From positions 96,843-160,842 of the forward strand of contig CAYMSV010000002.1 of NCBI GenBank assembly GCA_964393205.1: a stretch of 64,000 bases of DNA, given 5' to 3'. The notes beneath the pieces are model-generated. The model was given only the letters and a program-made list of their open reading frames with translations. It did no database searches and was not told where the DNA came from. This stretch comes from an uncultured Pseudomonadales bacterium (GTDB taxonomy: Bacteria > Patescibacteriota > Microgenomatia > UBA1400 > PJMF01). Below are positions 1-10,377 of the stretch, piece by piece; position 1 is the first letter of the stretch; the number at the start of each line of letters is the position of its first letter. Made by a program: the position numbers and the translations under genes.

Positions 1-566
1 GTATCAATAACTAAATCGTATATGTCTGGCCGCCAAAAATCAAGCTTTGCCTCTGCCACCACCTTACCAGTCTTAACTAGCCATTCATTCCATTCTTTTT
101 TGTACATGCGTTGCCATTTATTTAAATTGTTTTGATAACGAGTTAGGGCATTTTCTTTAGCTTCTTCTACACTAATCTCATCACGATTAACAATTCTATC
201 AATGCGTACTGAATCATCACTACAAGTCATTAAAATCTTTAAGGTACCAGGTATATTTTGTGCCATAAAACCAGATAGCCAAGATTCTATAATCCATCCT
301 TCTTCAGAACTCAGTTTTTCACGAATACCCATATCAATTTGACGATCAAAGTCATCACTATAAGCTAAAGCACTATGATGAGCTTTTGACTTGGCATCAA
401 ATAAACCTTTTTCCACTGCATAAGCTCGCATAAACTCTCCGCCAGAAAAACCTGTGAAGCCAGCATATTTGAGCTCTTCGCGCAACATCGCTAATAAAGT
501 GGTAGAACCACAACCTGGTAAGCCAGAAATGGTAATGTTTTTATAAGAAATATCATCCATAGACAT
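1..566 (-). CDS. cmk: Cytidylate kinase family protein (archaeal/CPR type), truncated at window edge
   Basis: Not in the ORF track. Manual translation gives MSMDDISYKNITISGLPGCGSTT... (P-loop), GGEFMR, DRQID, IIESWLSG and RIDRIVNRD, typical of Cytidylate_kin2/AAA_18. The start is at 566 or 560. Confidence 0.8.
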   Translation of the reverse strand, partial: MSMDDISYKNITISGLPGCGSTTLLAMLREELKYAGFTGFSGGEFMRAYAVEKGLFDAKSKAHHSALAYSDDFDRQIDMGIREKLSSEEGWIIESWLSGFMAQNIPGTLKILMTCSDDSVRIDRIVNRDEISVEEAKENALTRYQNNLNKWQRMYKKEWNEWLVKTGKVVAEAKLDFWRPDIYDLVID

Positions 567-567
567 A

Positions 568-1086
568 TCAACTTTCAATTGTCTTTTTATTTTCATTATG
601 CTTTGTTAATAATTCAACTATCACTGACATTAGCAATTGCATCTTTTTGAGACAAGCTATAGCTTCATCTAAATTTAATTCTTTTTCACCATTTGGAAAA
701 AAGTGAAAAACGTGATTACGACACTGCAACCAAGCTTGCCAAACATCTCTAGCTAACTCCTCATTAAATATACGGCAAAGATCATCATAAAGCCACCACT
801 TATCACGTTGTCCAGGTCTAACATCTGGATTAAGGGCTCGACCGATGCGAAAGCGGCGACCATAATAAACTTTGTGGCTAATTAACTGCAAATCAAGCAA
901 CATCTTCTTCAAAAAACCTTCATAAGCCTTGGACATTGGAAACACTATAAAGGAAAAATCATTAATGTCATTTTGTTCTTCTTTGCTAAAATGCTCACTC
1001 AAATAGACACTGGTCTTAATTAAATTTTGTTGAAAGGGGTCTAAGTATTTAAACCAGGAAGATTGTTGATCAATTTGTATAGACAT
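568..1086 (-). CDS. HEPN-domain protein, RNase LS (RnlA) toxin C-terminal-like
   Basis: FSFIVFPMSKAYEGFLKK resembles the RnlA-type HEPN N-terminal helix, and RNHVFH is an Rx4H HEPN motif. Confidence 0.6.
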   Translation of the reverse strand: MSIQIDQQSSWFKYLDPFQQNLIKTSVYLSEHFSKEEQNDINDFSFIVFPMSKAYEGFLKKMLLDLQLISHKVYYGRRFRIGRALNPDVRPGQRDKWWLYDDLCRIFNEELARDVWQAWLQCRNHVFHFFPNGEKELNLDEAIACLKKMQLLMSVIVELLTKHNENKKTIES

Positions 1087-1179
1087 AAATAAGTATTACA
1101 GAAAATTATATATCGATTATAATTGAAAGACTAGAAAAAATCCAAATTTTAAATTTCTAAAAAAATTAAAAGCAAGATA

Positions 1180-3546
1180 ATGAAAAAAATGTGGAAAGTA
1201 AAAAGTAAACGGCATCGATCAAAAAGAAAAAGAAAAGGACTCTGGCATAAAAAGTCTTGGCAGATTAGTATGCTTATAGTTTTTCTTCTAAGTGTTTTTG
1301 GCATAATTTATTTAATTCAAGACTTACCTTCACCAAAAAACTTAACTGCTCCTGAAAATTATGCTGTTAGTACTCAAATTTTTGATCGCCATGGCCAACT
1401 ACTTTATGAAGTTTATAGTGATGAAAATCGAATCCCAATTGACATTGAACAAATACCAGAACATTTATTGCAAGCTACTATTGCTATTGAAGATCAAAAC
1501 TTCTATCGCCATCATGGTTTAGATATAAGAGGTTTAATAAGAGCAATTTTCAATAATCTAACTGGAGGATCAACACAAGGAGGATCAACCATTACTCAGC
1601 AATTGGTTAAAAACGCTTTGCTTAGTAATGAAAGAACTCTAAATCGCAAAGCTAAAGAAGCACTCTTATCCATATTAACAGAGATTATTTACAGCAAAGA
1701 AGAAATTCTAGAAATGTATCTCAATTACATTTCTTATGGTGGAACTGCTATTGGTATTGAAGCTGCCGCAAACCGCTTCTTTGCTAAATCAGCTAGTGAT
1801 CTAAGCTTAGCCGAAAGCGCATTGCTCGCTGGATTGCCACAAGCACCTAGTTCTTACTCACCTTTTGGTGCTTATCCAGAAAGAAGTAAATTGCGACAAA
1901 AAGAGGTTTTACGCCGTATGATGGAAGATGGATACATAGATCAAAATAAAGTTAATGAGGTAGAAAATGAATCATTAAATTTTGCCCTAAAAAAAACCGA
2001 TATTAAAGCTCCACACTTTGTTTTTTATGTAACAGATTTGCTTTACAAAGAGTATGGAGAAGAGATGGTTAAAACTGGTGGCTTGCGTGTCACCACTACT
2101 TTAGATTTAGATTTGCAAGAAAGCGCTCAGGCATCTTTGTCCGCAGAAGTTAATCAATTAAGTAATTTAAAAGTTGGTAATGGTGCAGCTTTAATTACCA
2201 AACCCAATACTGGCGAGATTATAGCTATGATTGGCAGCAAGGATTATTTTGATAGCAAAAATGATGGTCAAGTAAACGTTACTCTCGCTCTTAGACAACC
2301 TGGTTCGGCCATTAAGCCAATTATGTATGCCACTACTTTCCAAGAAAAAACCCTCAATCCTGGTTCTATGATTTTAGATATTCCCACTTGTTTCAAAATC
2401 CCCGGACAAAGAGATTATTGTCCAAAAAACTATACCGGTGGTTTTGCGGGACCAGTAACAATAAGACAATCTCTCGGTAACTCTTTTAATATTCCAGCTG
2501 TTAAAGCCCTCAGCACTATTGGTGTAGAAAAGTTTATGTTGCAAGCTAATAAAATGGGTATCAATAATTGGATAGATCCCAGTAAATATGGTTTGTCTCT
2601 AACCCTTGGTGGTGGTGAAGTTCAAATGACAGAAATGGCTACTGCTTTTGCTGTTTTGGCCAATCAAGGAGTTAAGGTACCACTAAGCTCCATTTTAGAA
2701 GTTAAAAACTATAAGGGCGAAATCTTGCAAAGCCTAGATATAGAAGAAAGAATTGAAGCTTTAAACGCCATGACTGAGGATGAAACTATCAGAAAAGAAG
2801 CGCAATTAGAACGAGTAATGCGTCGCGCACCTGCTTATCTAACCGCTCACATTATGCAAGACAACAATGCAAGACTAATGGCTTTTGGCAGCAACAACCA
2901 ACTCGTAATTAAAGATAAAGTGGTTAGTGCTAAAACCGGCACTACCAATGACTTAAAAGATAACTGGACAGTCGGTTTTACTCCGGAGCTTATGACTATT
3001 GTTTGGGTGGGTAATAATGACAATAGTTCAATGAGTTATTTAGCTTCTGGAATAACCGGTGCGGCTCCCATCTGGAATGATATTATGTCCTATCTTCTTA
3101 AAGATGAAGAAGTTGTGTGGCCAGAGCGTCCTAGCGATGTTAAAATGGCCAATGTTTGTTTAACCGGCATGCCAGTCGATCGAGGTCTAGGAAATAATCG
3201 TAATGACCTAGATAACATTAATAGTAATGACTCAACAGTTAAGATTTCCGATCAGGTTCAAACTTATTTAACAGATACCGATCCAGCCCAAACCTGTCAA
3301 TCAGTGGCACAAGAGTTATATTGGGAAGAGTCTTTTCCTAGTTATTCTGGTAGTTTTCAAAAAGAATTTTGGATTCGTAGTGAAACAGGTCTGCCTCCTG
3401 CCATAGGTGAAGAAGCTGAAGACTTAGTCTTGGAACTTCATCAATTTTACTACGATCCAGTTACTCACCTTTACTGTGCTGATTGCACTAGACCGGTGGA
3501 TGAAGAGAGTGGTAGGGTGATTTACGAAAGATATTACGTTAATTAA
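1180..3546 (+). CDS. Class A penicillin-binding protein (PBP1A family; GT51 + transpeptidase)
   Basis: N-terminal TM. GT51 motifs EDQNFYRHHG and GGSTITQQLVKN; transpeptidase motifs SAIK, SFN and KTGT. Confidence 0.95.
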   Translation: MKKMWKVKSKRHRSKRKRKGLWHKKSWQISMLIVFLLSVFGIIYLIQDLPSPKNLTAPENYAVSTQIFDRHGQLLYEVYSDENRIPIDIEQIPEHLLQATIAIEDQNFYRHHGLDIRGLIRAIFNNLTGGSTQGGSTITQQLVKNALLSNERTLNRKAKEALLSILTEIIYSKEEILEMYLNYISYGGTAIGIEAAANRFFAKSASDLSLAESALLAGLPQAPSSYSPFGAYPERSKLRQKEVLRRMMEDGYIDQNKVNEVENESLNFALKKTDIKAPHFVFYVTDLLYKEYGEEMVKTGGLRVTTTLDLDLQESAQASLSAEVNQLSNLKVGNGAALITKPNTGEIIAMIGSKDYFDSKNDGQVNVTLALRQPGSAIKPIMYATTFQEKTLNPGSMILDIPTCFKIPGQRDYCPKNYTGGFAGPVTIRQSLGNSFNIPAVKALSTIGVEKFMLQANKMGINNWIDPSKYGLSLTLGGGEVQMTEMATAFAVLANQGVKVPLSSILEVKNYKGEILQSLDIEERIEALNAMTEDETIRKEAQLERVMRRAPAYLTAHIMQDNNARLMAFGSNNQLVIKDKVVSAKTGTTNDLKDNWTVGFTPELMTIVWVGNNDNSSMSYLASGITGAAPIWNDIMSYLLKDEEVVWPERPSDVKMANVCLTGMPVDRGLGNNRNDLDNINSNDSTVKISDQVQTYLTDTDPAQTCQSVAQELYWEESFPSYSGSFQKEFWIRSETGLPPAIGEEAEDLVLELHQFYYDPVTHLYCADCTRPVDEESGRVIYERYYVN

Positions 3547-3566
3547 CAGCTAATTATTAGAAATTT

Positions 3567-4793
3567 GTGATCAAAAAACACAAAATATTACTTTTTATCA
3601 TCTTGACTTTTACCTTATTGTTTTCAGTTTTTCTAAGTCTTAAAATTTGGAAAAATAGTTTGTTGTCACCTATTGGCAAGGACTCCCAATTTACTTATTT
3701 AAAAAATTGGTTGTGGCCGGGTAATCAAAAGGAAGAATTTATAGTGTATGGTTTTCTACCATATTGGAATATAAATAAAGTGAAACTACAACCAGAACTT
3801 ACTCATCTTAGCTACTTTGCATTAGAAGTGGGAGCAGATGGACAAATTGTTACTGAAAATTTACCTGGAGAAAGTGAGCCTGGATATAGACAATTAAACA
3901 GCGAAAATTTTTTTCGTTTAATTAATGATAACAATATAACTAAAGAGTTAGTCTTGAGTCAATTTAACTCACAAAAAATTGAAGAACTTTTAAATAATCC
4001 AAGTAATTGGTTAACACTTTTAGAACAAATAGATGCCCTACTACTTGCCTATCCTTTTAGCGGACTTAATCTTGACTTTGAATATCAAGGCGAAGCAGAC
4101 GAGCAACTAAGGCAACAATTTGTAAACTTTATCATCAGTATTAAACAGCATTTAAACCAAAGAGAAGAAGAAATTAATTTAAGCATAGACGTCTATGCTA
4201 ATGCTGGTAATCAAAATAAAAAATTACTTTGGAACTTAGTAGCTCTAGAACCATATTTAGATCATGTCGTGGTAATGGCCTACGACTTTCACAGACAGAA
4301 TTCTGCTCAGGCTGGACCGGGAGCCCCTTTATTTGGTGGACAAGATTTATGGAGCAGTGATATTAATCGTTTAATGAAGGGTTTTTTCGATCAACTACCT
4401 AGACAAAAAATTTTATTAGGTATTCCTTTTTATGGATATGGTTGGCAAACTGATAGTTTAGAGCCTCAAGCTAATACTTATCCAAGTACTGGTTTTATGG
4501 TTAGCTATCAAGAATCATTGGATTTACAAAATTTAACTGGCCGTTGGCAAAACTGTTCAAACCTAGAAATTTATTGGCAAGAAGATGCATTGTCTCCTTT
4601 TGCTACTTTAACTTGTCCTAAAAATGAGAACAATGATGAAAAAAGTGAATCACTTAATTACTTAGTTTATTTCGAAAATACTCAATCGCTGCAATATAAA
4701 ATTGATTATGCCAAACAACTAGAAATAGCCGGAGTTGCTATCTGGGCTCTCGGATATGAAGGTAGCAGCAGGGATCTGTGGGAAATCTTTTAG
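3567..4793 (+). CDS. Glycoside hydrolase family 18 (peptidoglycan/chitin-type hydrolase), membrane anchored
   Basis: Motifs GLNLDFEY, VMAYDFH, LGIPFYG and GVAIWALGYE. Confidence 0.9.
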   Translation: MIKKHKILLFIILTFTLLFSVFLSLKIWKNSLLSPIGKDSQFTYLKNWLWPGNQKEEFIVYGFLPYWNINKVKLQPELTHLSYFALEVGADGQIVTENLPGESEPGYRQLNSENFFRLINDNNITKELVLSQFNSQKIEELLNNPSNWLTLLEQIDALLLAYPFSGLNLDFEYQGEADEQLRQQFVNFIISIKQHLNQREEEINLSIDVYANAGNQNKKLLWNLVALEPYLDHVVVMAYDFHRQNSAQAGPGAPLFGGQDLWSSDINRLMKGFFDQLPRQKILLGIPFYGYGWQTDSLEPQANTYPSTGFMVSYQESLDLQNLTGRWQNCSNLEIYWQEDALSPFATLTCPKNENNDEKSESLNYLVYFENTQSLQYKIDYAKQLEIAGVAIWALGYEGSSRDLWEIF

Positions 4794-4838
4794 AAATTAC
4801 TAAAAAAATAATTTCGGCTTAAATTTCAAACCCTAAAT

Positions 4839-6746
4839 TTAAAATTCTTTTTTATTAAATTGTTGAGCTAAGAGAAATGACCAAACACCAGTTGCCAAAA
4901 AGAAAAGACCAAGCACTAACAAACCAAAGGTATTTGCTATCGAGCCCGCATTATAAGTTCCACTTTCAGTAGAAACTACAGTTTCTCTAGCACTTGATGT
5001 TGCCTCTTCTGTAGGAGTAACAACGGGGGGTGTTGGAGTTGGAATAGGTTCTGTCTCTGGTAAATAAGGATCACCTGTGCCGTGAGGTAGAGCTTGTGTT
5101 GTCTCAGCACTGGCTATAGTTCTATTCGAATCTGCTCCTCTACCCAAATCATCTAGCTCGCTAGAAACCGTAAAATTATAGCTTCGAACAACTTCTTCAC
5201 CTGTATTAGGGTCAATATAAGTATAACTTATTGTGTGTTCACCTGGTTCTAATTCACTCCCCAAATTAGCCAAATCAACTATTAAATTTCCCTCATCATC
5301 TGTTTCAACAATAGTCTCTATAGTTGTTTCTGAGTTTATTACAATTTCTACAGTTGTGTTGGGAGGTAAAGTAGCTCTAATAATTGGCTGGGAAGTATTG
5401 ACTACAATATCAGCTGCACTACTTGACTCTTCAATTTCATTTAGATCCAAGGTTCGTTCTGTCTCATCCAAGGTTAAATTTTCACCCAATAAGCCATCAG
5501 CGCTTTCCGTAGAAACAGGTACAGACTCATTCATATCTAAATTATCAACTACTTCATTTTCTTGATCGAAATTTGGTTCTGGACCAAGCCCTCCAATGTC
5601 ATCAGCCAAGAGTTCTTCTCTCGTCTCTGACAAATTTTCTTCTTCTGCACTAGCCTCCTGGCCCATAATGATTTCTGGAACTGGTTGAGCATTCTCAACA
5701 CTAACTATTCTATTTGTAATTAAACTAGGTTCTACTCCCTGAACCTTAATTGTCAACATGCTGTCATCATTTATCTCTGGATATGAATTAAGGTTTAAAT
5801 TAAAAGCATTACTGAGAGAAACGGCCCAACTACCAGAAGATTTTACCAAAGTTGATAATACTCCAGCTCCCTCTAAAGTAACAAAAACAACCGCTCCATC
5901 TCCAGCTTGGCCATTTGCTTGACTGACTGTTCCATAAATGGTTTGATTATTGGGAGAAGCACCATTCTGACTACTTGCAGTTTTGATTTCATAAGGACTA
6001 CCAGCGCTATCAAAAGTTGCATTGCTACCCGTACCCAATAAATAATAATAGTTAGTATTTGGCTCCAAACCTCTTACTGTTACCTGATGTAAATGGTATG
6101 GTTTAATTATTCCAGAAAGCTGATCCCTATCGTCACTTGCCTGTTCTTTGATGTCATTAGCGCTTGTTCCATACTTAATAAACCCAATAGTTTCTTCATC
6201 AGTGTAGAAAGTCACTGTAAAAGACTTATCTGTAACATTACTAAGTACAATATTTTTTGGAGTAGTTTCTGGTGTAGCTCTAGGTGCAAATAAACCAGTG
6301 CCGTCACCAAACAAAAAAACTCCTGCTACTAAAGAAACAACTAAAACTAATAATCCTAAAATAGTGGGTATTTTCTTTTGACCTGACTTTGCACCGCCTT
6401 TTTTGGATTTTTTACCCAGCTCTTCAGTTTGAACTGATTCTGTGCTTACTGATTTAGGAATCGTCGTCGGTGCTTTAAGGGTATCTTTTTTAGTTGATGA
6501 GTCGTCTTGTTTGTTGATGTTTGCACTTGAAAGTTGATTTTTATGATTTTGTGTAGGTTCTGTTTTGATAGGACTTGGCAGCTTAGCTTCTTGCTTTTGT
6601 GCAATTAATTCTTTTTTTTCAACAACTGGAAGATTTTTTTTAGTTGGTGTATTCGTTTTTGGTGTTAAAGATTGCGGAGGAGTAGGTTTCGGCAAATTAA
6701 GCCCAACTTGAGAGCTAGTCGATGAATTTTGATTTAAAACTTGCAT
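4839..6746 (-). CDS. Fibronectin type III / Ig-like surface protein with two TM segments
   Basis: Low-complexity N-terminus, TM, purple-acid-phosphatase-N-like FN3 (HQVTVRGLEPNTNYYY), Ig-like segments, PT-rich linker and a C-terminal TM with basic tail. Confidence 0.75.
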   Translation of the reverse strand: MQVLNQNSSTSSQVGLNLPKPTPPQSLTPKTNTPTKKNLPVVEKKELIAQKQEAKLPSPIKTEPTQNHKNQLSSANINKQDDSSTKKDTLKAPTTIPKSVSTESVQTEELGKKSKKGGAKSGQKKIPTILGLLVLVVSLVAGVFLFGDGTGLFAPRATPETTPKNIVLSNVTDKSFTVTFYTDEETIGFIKYGTSANDIKEQASDDRDQLSGIIKPYHLHQVTVRGLEPNTNYYYLLGTGSNATFDSAGSPYEIKTASSQNGASPNNQTIYGTVSQANGQAGDGAVVFVTLEGAGVLSTLVKSSGSWAVSLSNAFNLNLNSYPEINDDSMLTIKVQGVEPSLITNRIVSVENAQPVPEIIMGQEASAEEENLSETREELLADDIGGLGPEPNFDQENEVVDNLDMNESVPVSTESADGLLGENLTLDETERTLDLNEIEESSSAADIVVNTSQPIIRATLPPNTTVEIVINSETTIETIVETDDEGNLIVDLANLGSELEPGEHTISYTYIDPNTGEEVVRSYNFTVSSELDDLGRGADSNRTIASAETTQALPHGTGDPYLPETEPIPTPTPPVVTPTEEATSSARETVVSTESGTYNAGSIANTFGLLVLGLFFLATGVWSFLLAQQFNKKEF

Positions 6747-6833
6747 ATCAAGACTAAGACTTATAAAATGTCCTGTTTTTACTCTATATTAATTAAATTT
6801 AGATCACAAGGCGAAGAAAATCCAAACAAAAAA

Positions 6834-7289
6834 TTATTCGTATGTTTCAACCTCAACTTCGGCTTCTGTTTCAATTTCAATTTCAGATTCTTCTTGACTA
6901 ATACTTTCATCCATAATGAATTCCTCTTCTAGATCATCAGCCTCATCTTCTTCGGTATTGCTTGATAAATCTGTAATATCAGTCAACACTCCTTCCTGAC
7001 TAAATTCTGTTGTTAAGTATACAAAAATAGGAAAATAACTTAATTCTTCATCGCTCAGCACTCTTTTTTGCTCTATCATTGAGAACACTTCAACATCCAG
7101 ACGTGGAACTAGTGGTTTTGCCAAGTCAGCCAAATGTTGATCAATTTTAACCTTTCTTTGCGAAGTAAAAACACTAACACTAGTCCAAAATAGTATCGCT
7201 ACCAAAAACAATATTCCTCCCCACAAAATGTTTTTTTGTCGACGTAATCGATTAAGTTCTTGTTTTAGCCTAATTCTTTCTTTACTCAT
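6834..7289 (-). CDS. Hypothetical single-TM protein in pil operon (PilP-position), acidic tail
   Basis: One TM; its start overlaps the pilO stop. Confidence 0.6.
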   Translation of the reverse strand: MSKERIRLKQELNRLRRQKNILWGGILFLVAILFWTSVSVFTSQRKVKIDQHLADLAKPLVPRLDVEVFSMIEQKRVLSDEELSYFPIFVYLTTEFSQEGVLTDITDLSSNTEEDEADDLEEEFIMDESISQEESEIEIETEAEVEVETYE

Positions 7290-7921
7290 TTTTCATCCAT
7301 GCTTGAAGATAGCGAATAATAAGGTAAATTAATTTTTAATTGAGCAGATAAATTACTGGATTCTGTTTTTCTATCTATGACAACTTGATCAACTATTATT
7401 ACTTGACGCAAATCCATTATTTTTTCAACAAATTCCCTAATTTGTATATAATTACCCAGAACTTCTATATTAATTGGCAAGAAATCTCTTTGATAATCTT
7501 CAAACCTATCATTTAAAAACTCTTCACCAATTGGCTCCGGTACCTCTGCCAATGAAATTTGACTGATAACTAATTCTCCTTCTCCAGCTATCTTTTCAAA
7601 TTTCTTCAATGATTTCACTACATCAAATTTTCTAGGAATAGCTTCATCTAATAAATAAAAATTAGCCTGATGCTGTTCATATTGCTCCTGAGCTGTATAT
7701 AAACTAGCCAATTTTAAATCCATTTGCTGATCAAGTTCTTTTTTATCAGCTATCTCTTTAATCAAATCAGCCATAGTAATTAAAGTTGGTCGAATAGCAA
7801 AAACAGCAAAAAAAACTACTACTATAATAGATAAAACCAATTCTACCGAAACCCTAGCAACTGGTTTTTGATAGAAATCAATTAAAATTTTTGCTAGTTG
7901 TTCTTGTTTTGTTTTAGACAT
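7286..7921 (-). CDS. pilO: Type IV pilus assembly protein PilO
   Basis: TM + coiled coil + LDEAIP...GNYIQIREFVEKIMDLRQVI ferredoxin-like PilO signature; follows pilN. Confidence 0.75.
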   Translation of the reverse strand: MSKTKQEQLAKILIDFYQKPVARVSVELVLSIIVVVFFAVFAIRPTLITMADLIKEIADKKELDQQMDLKLASLYTAQEQYEQHQANFYLLDEAIPRKFDVVKSLKKFEKIAGEGELVISQISLAEVPEPIGEEFLNDRFEDYQRDFLPINIEVLGNYIQIREFVEKIMDLRQVIIVDQVVIDRKTESSNLSAQLKINLPYYSLSSSMDEK

Positions 7922-8514
7922 TAATCTTCAATAGTTTTGTTTACCTCAATAACCCTGGCTTTAACATCAAAAGCTAAGCCAGGAGAATTCTCTCCTCTAG
8001 ATTCGATTTTCCCTATACTAACATTATCAAAGTGAGGAGATAATTTAACATTGTTAACTAAAATATTTAATGAAGTTTGAGATAAAGCCGTACCAGAAAA
8101 TACAACCTCACTACTCCTAATAGTAAGATCATCTAAAATAACATTACTGGGAATAGTTTCATTTAATATTGGAAAAATCTCCATTAGATTAGATTCTTGT
8201 TGAAGCTGTTTAATATCAGTAATTTGTTTTTGAATAAAAAGAAAACGTTTTTCCAGATCTTCATATGATTCAATCGCCATCTTTTTTTGATTAATAGTAG
8301 CATTTAAATCAGTTACCTGACGATCTAAAACAAAACGAGTGCTAAAACTTAAAATTACTACTAGCTGGGTAAAAATCACCACATAACGACCGACCGATAG
8401 GGTCCAATTTAAAATACGGCCCATTGGCGTCTCAAAAAAAGGATCCTTAGGCATCAGGTTTACGTCAAGCGAAACAGAACCTCGTTTTTTCTTTTTATTT
8501 TTAAATCTGGGCAT
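7921..8514 (-). CDS. pilN: Type IV pilus assembly protein PilN
   Basis: N-terminal VNLMP (INLLP-like) PilM-binding motif, TM, coiled coil and IPSNVILDDL...FSGTA domain. Confidence 0.85.
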   Translation of the reverse strand: MPRFKNKKKKRGSVSLDVNLMPKDPFFETPMGRILNWTLSVGRYVVIFTQLVVILSFSTRFVLDRQVTDLNATINQKKMAIESYEDLEKRFLFIQKQITDIKQLQQESNLMEIFPILNETIPSNVILDDLTIRSSEVVFSGTALSQTSLNILVNNVKLSPHFDNVSIGKIESRGENSPGLAFDVKARVIEVNKTIED

Positions 8515-8554
8515 TATGTATATTGTAGATTAATTTAGGAGAGAGTAAAAGATC

Positions 8555-10243
8555 TTATTTAGATAAATCACCTTCGATAGAACTATCCAAGAGCATTTCC
8601 TGAGAATCTTTTAAAACTGGCTTCCACTTGCCAAATTTGGCAATTAAACTATTGAAATAATTAAGTTCTTTAATATCAAATAGAATTGAAAAATATAAAT
8701 AAACCAAAATGGCTATGGTACTAGTAGAAATAGTTAGAGCTAATAAATCCACAGTCCTGCTCGTATCAAAAATTACTTCATCTAAAATTTTAAAAGGTAA
8801 GTATAGAAAAATAGCCATAAAAAAACTAGCTAATAACATTTTTAGCTGAGGAAAAAAGAAGTCTTTAAAAGTAAAACATCCTAATTTCTTTTGTAAAATA
8901 AACAACATCAAAAACAATTCTATAAAAGCAGATATTAGAATTGCTATGCCTAAGCTGTATACTCCCCACTTAAAAACATAAATTCCCAAAGCGTTACTTA
9001 GCAAATAAACAATGACCGTAATCGCAGTAACCATAAATGGCGATTTAGTGTCTTTAAGTGCGTAAAAACTTCGAATAAGCAATTGCGTCATTGCTTGAGC
9101 AGTAATTGAAATCGCTATAATGGACACTAACCTGCCAGTAATAATAGTAGTTTGCCAAGGAAAATTAGCTGTACCAAAAACTAAACGCACAGCAGGAATA
9201 CGTAAAATTAATAAAAGAATTGAAGCTGGCATCGCTAAAAAAGAAATTTGATTGAGTGACTGTAAAAGAAGTTTATTAAATTTTTTACGATTAAGCTCAG
9301 CAGACTCCTCTGATAAAAACGGGAAAGAGGCTTGACTAATAGGTATTCCAAAAAAACGAATAGGCAGAGTCATTAAACGACGGGCTAAATTGACAATCAC
9401 AAAACTCAAATCGCCAATTGTAGTTGCAAAAAAACCCATGGCCAAATTTTGTAGTTCTGTTACTCCCACCGTCATTAAACGCGGTGGCATCATTTTAAAT
9501 AATTTTTTAACACCCACAAAATGCCAATTAAATGTAAACCGCCAATGAAATCCAGTCTTCTTAATTAGGGGGAGCTGAATAAACATGTGAAAGGCAGCAC
9601 CCACCACCACCCCTAAACCAGCAGCATAAATGCCAAAATACTTAGCTAAAAATATCGACGTCAACATAATGCCTAGGTTGTAAATTAAAGGCGCTAAAGC
9701 AGGAACAATAAATCGTTGATAGGCTTGCAAAATACCAGTTAGAAAGTTAGAAATAGCAAAGAAAAACTGAGCAAACAGCATAATTCTTGTCAAATTTACT
9801 GCAATTGCTACTTGTTCTGGAGTAAATTCAGCACCGGTACGAGCCATGGTAATTGGTCTGGCAAAAATAAAAGCAACAACTGAAAAAAAGATAAAAATCA
9901 ATAAGACTAAATTCATTACTATTGAAGTAAATTGAAATGCTTTTGCCGAATTTTTTTTCTTTAATTCAGTAAATAGTGGAATAAAAGCTGCTGATAATGC
10001 TCCAAGAACAATTAGTTGAAAAAGCATATCAGGAATCTGAAAAGCTACTTGAAATGCCTCATAAGCTTGTTGACTGGCTAATGTATTAAAAAAGAGCTTA
10101 ATTAATACTCTTTCTCTTAATAAACCTAATAGAGAAGAAAAAATATTAGCAGATGTAATAATGAACGCCGCTGATAAAATAGAATTTTGTTTTCTAGCCA
10201 ACCATTGAGAATTAGTTTTAAAAATTTTGTTAAAAGAAATCAT
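8555..10243 (-). CDS. murJ: Lipid II flippase MurJ (MviN)
   Basis: SSLLGLLRE, AFQIPDMLFQLIVLGALSAAFIP and RSFYALKDTKSP; about 14 TMs. Confidence 0.93.
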   Translation of the reverse strand: MISFNKIFKTNSQWLARKQNSILSAAFIITSANIFSSLLGLLRERVLIKLFFNTLASQQAYEAFQVAFQIPDMLFQLIVLGALSAAFIPLFTELKKKNSAKAFQFTSIVMNLVLLIFIFFSVVAFIFARPITMARTGAEFTPEQVAIAVNLTRIMLFAQFFFAISNFLTGILQAYQRFIVPALAPLIYNLGIMLTSIFLAKYFGIYAAGLGVVVGAAFHMFIQLPLIKKTGFHWRFTFNWHFVGVKKLFKMMPPRLMTVGVTELQNLAMGFFATTIGDLSFVIVNLARRLMTLPIRFFGIPISQASFPFLSEESAELNRKKFNKLLLQSLNQISFLAMPASILLLILRIPAVRLVFGTANFPWQTTIITGRLVSIIAISITAQAMTQLLIRSFYALKDTKSPFMVTAITVIVYLLSNALGIYVFKWGVYSLGIAILISAFIELFLMLFILQKKLGCFTFKDFFFPQLKMLLASFFMAIFLYLPFKILDEVIFDTSRTVDLLALTISTSTIAILVYLYFSILFDIKELNYFNSLIAKFGKWKPVLKDSQEMLLDSSIEGDLSK

Positions 10244-10317
10244 ATAGCTTCTTTTGATTATAGAGAAAATAAAGAAAAAAACAAAACAGGGTTTTAATTA
10301 TCGAGAGTTGAGATAAC

Positions 10318-10346
10318 TTGTATCTTGAAGTTTTTTCTTGTATAAT
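10318..10346 (+). promoter_or_regulatory. Sigma70-type promoter for rpsT-lepA
   Basis: TTGTAT-N17-TATAAT, 31 nt upstream of the rpsT ATG, with an AAAGGA SD-like sequence. Confidence 0.65.
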
Positions 10347-10377
10347 CACCTCTTGTTAAATTCAAAAGGAAAGCTTA

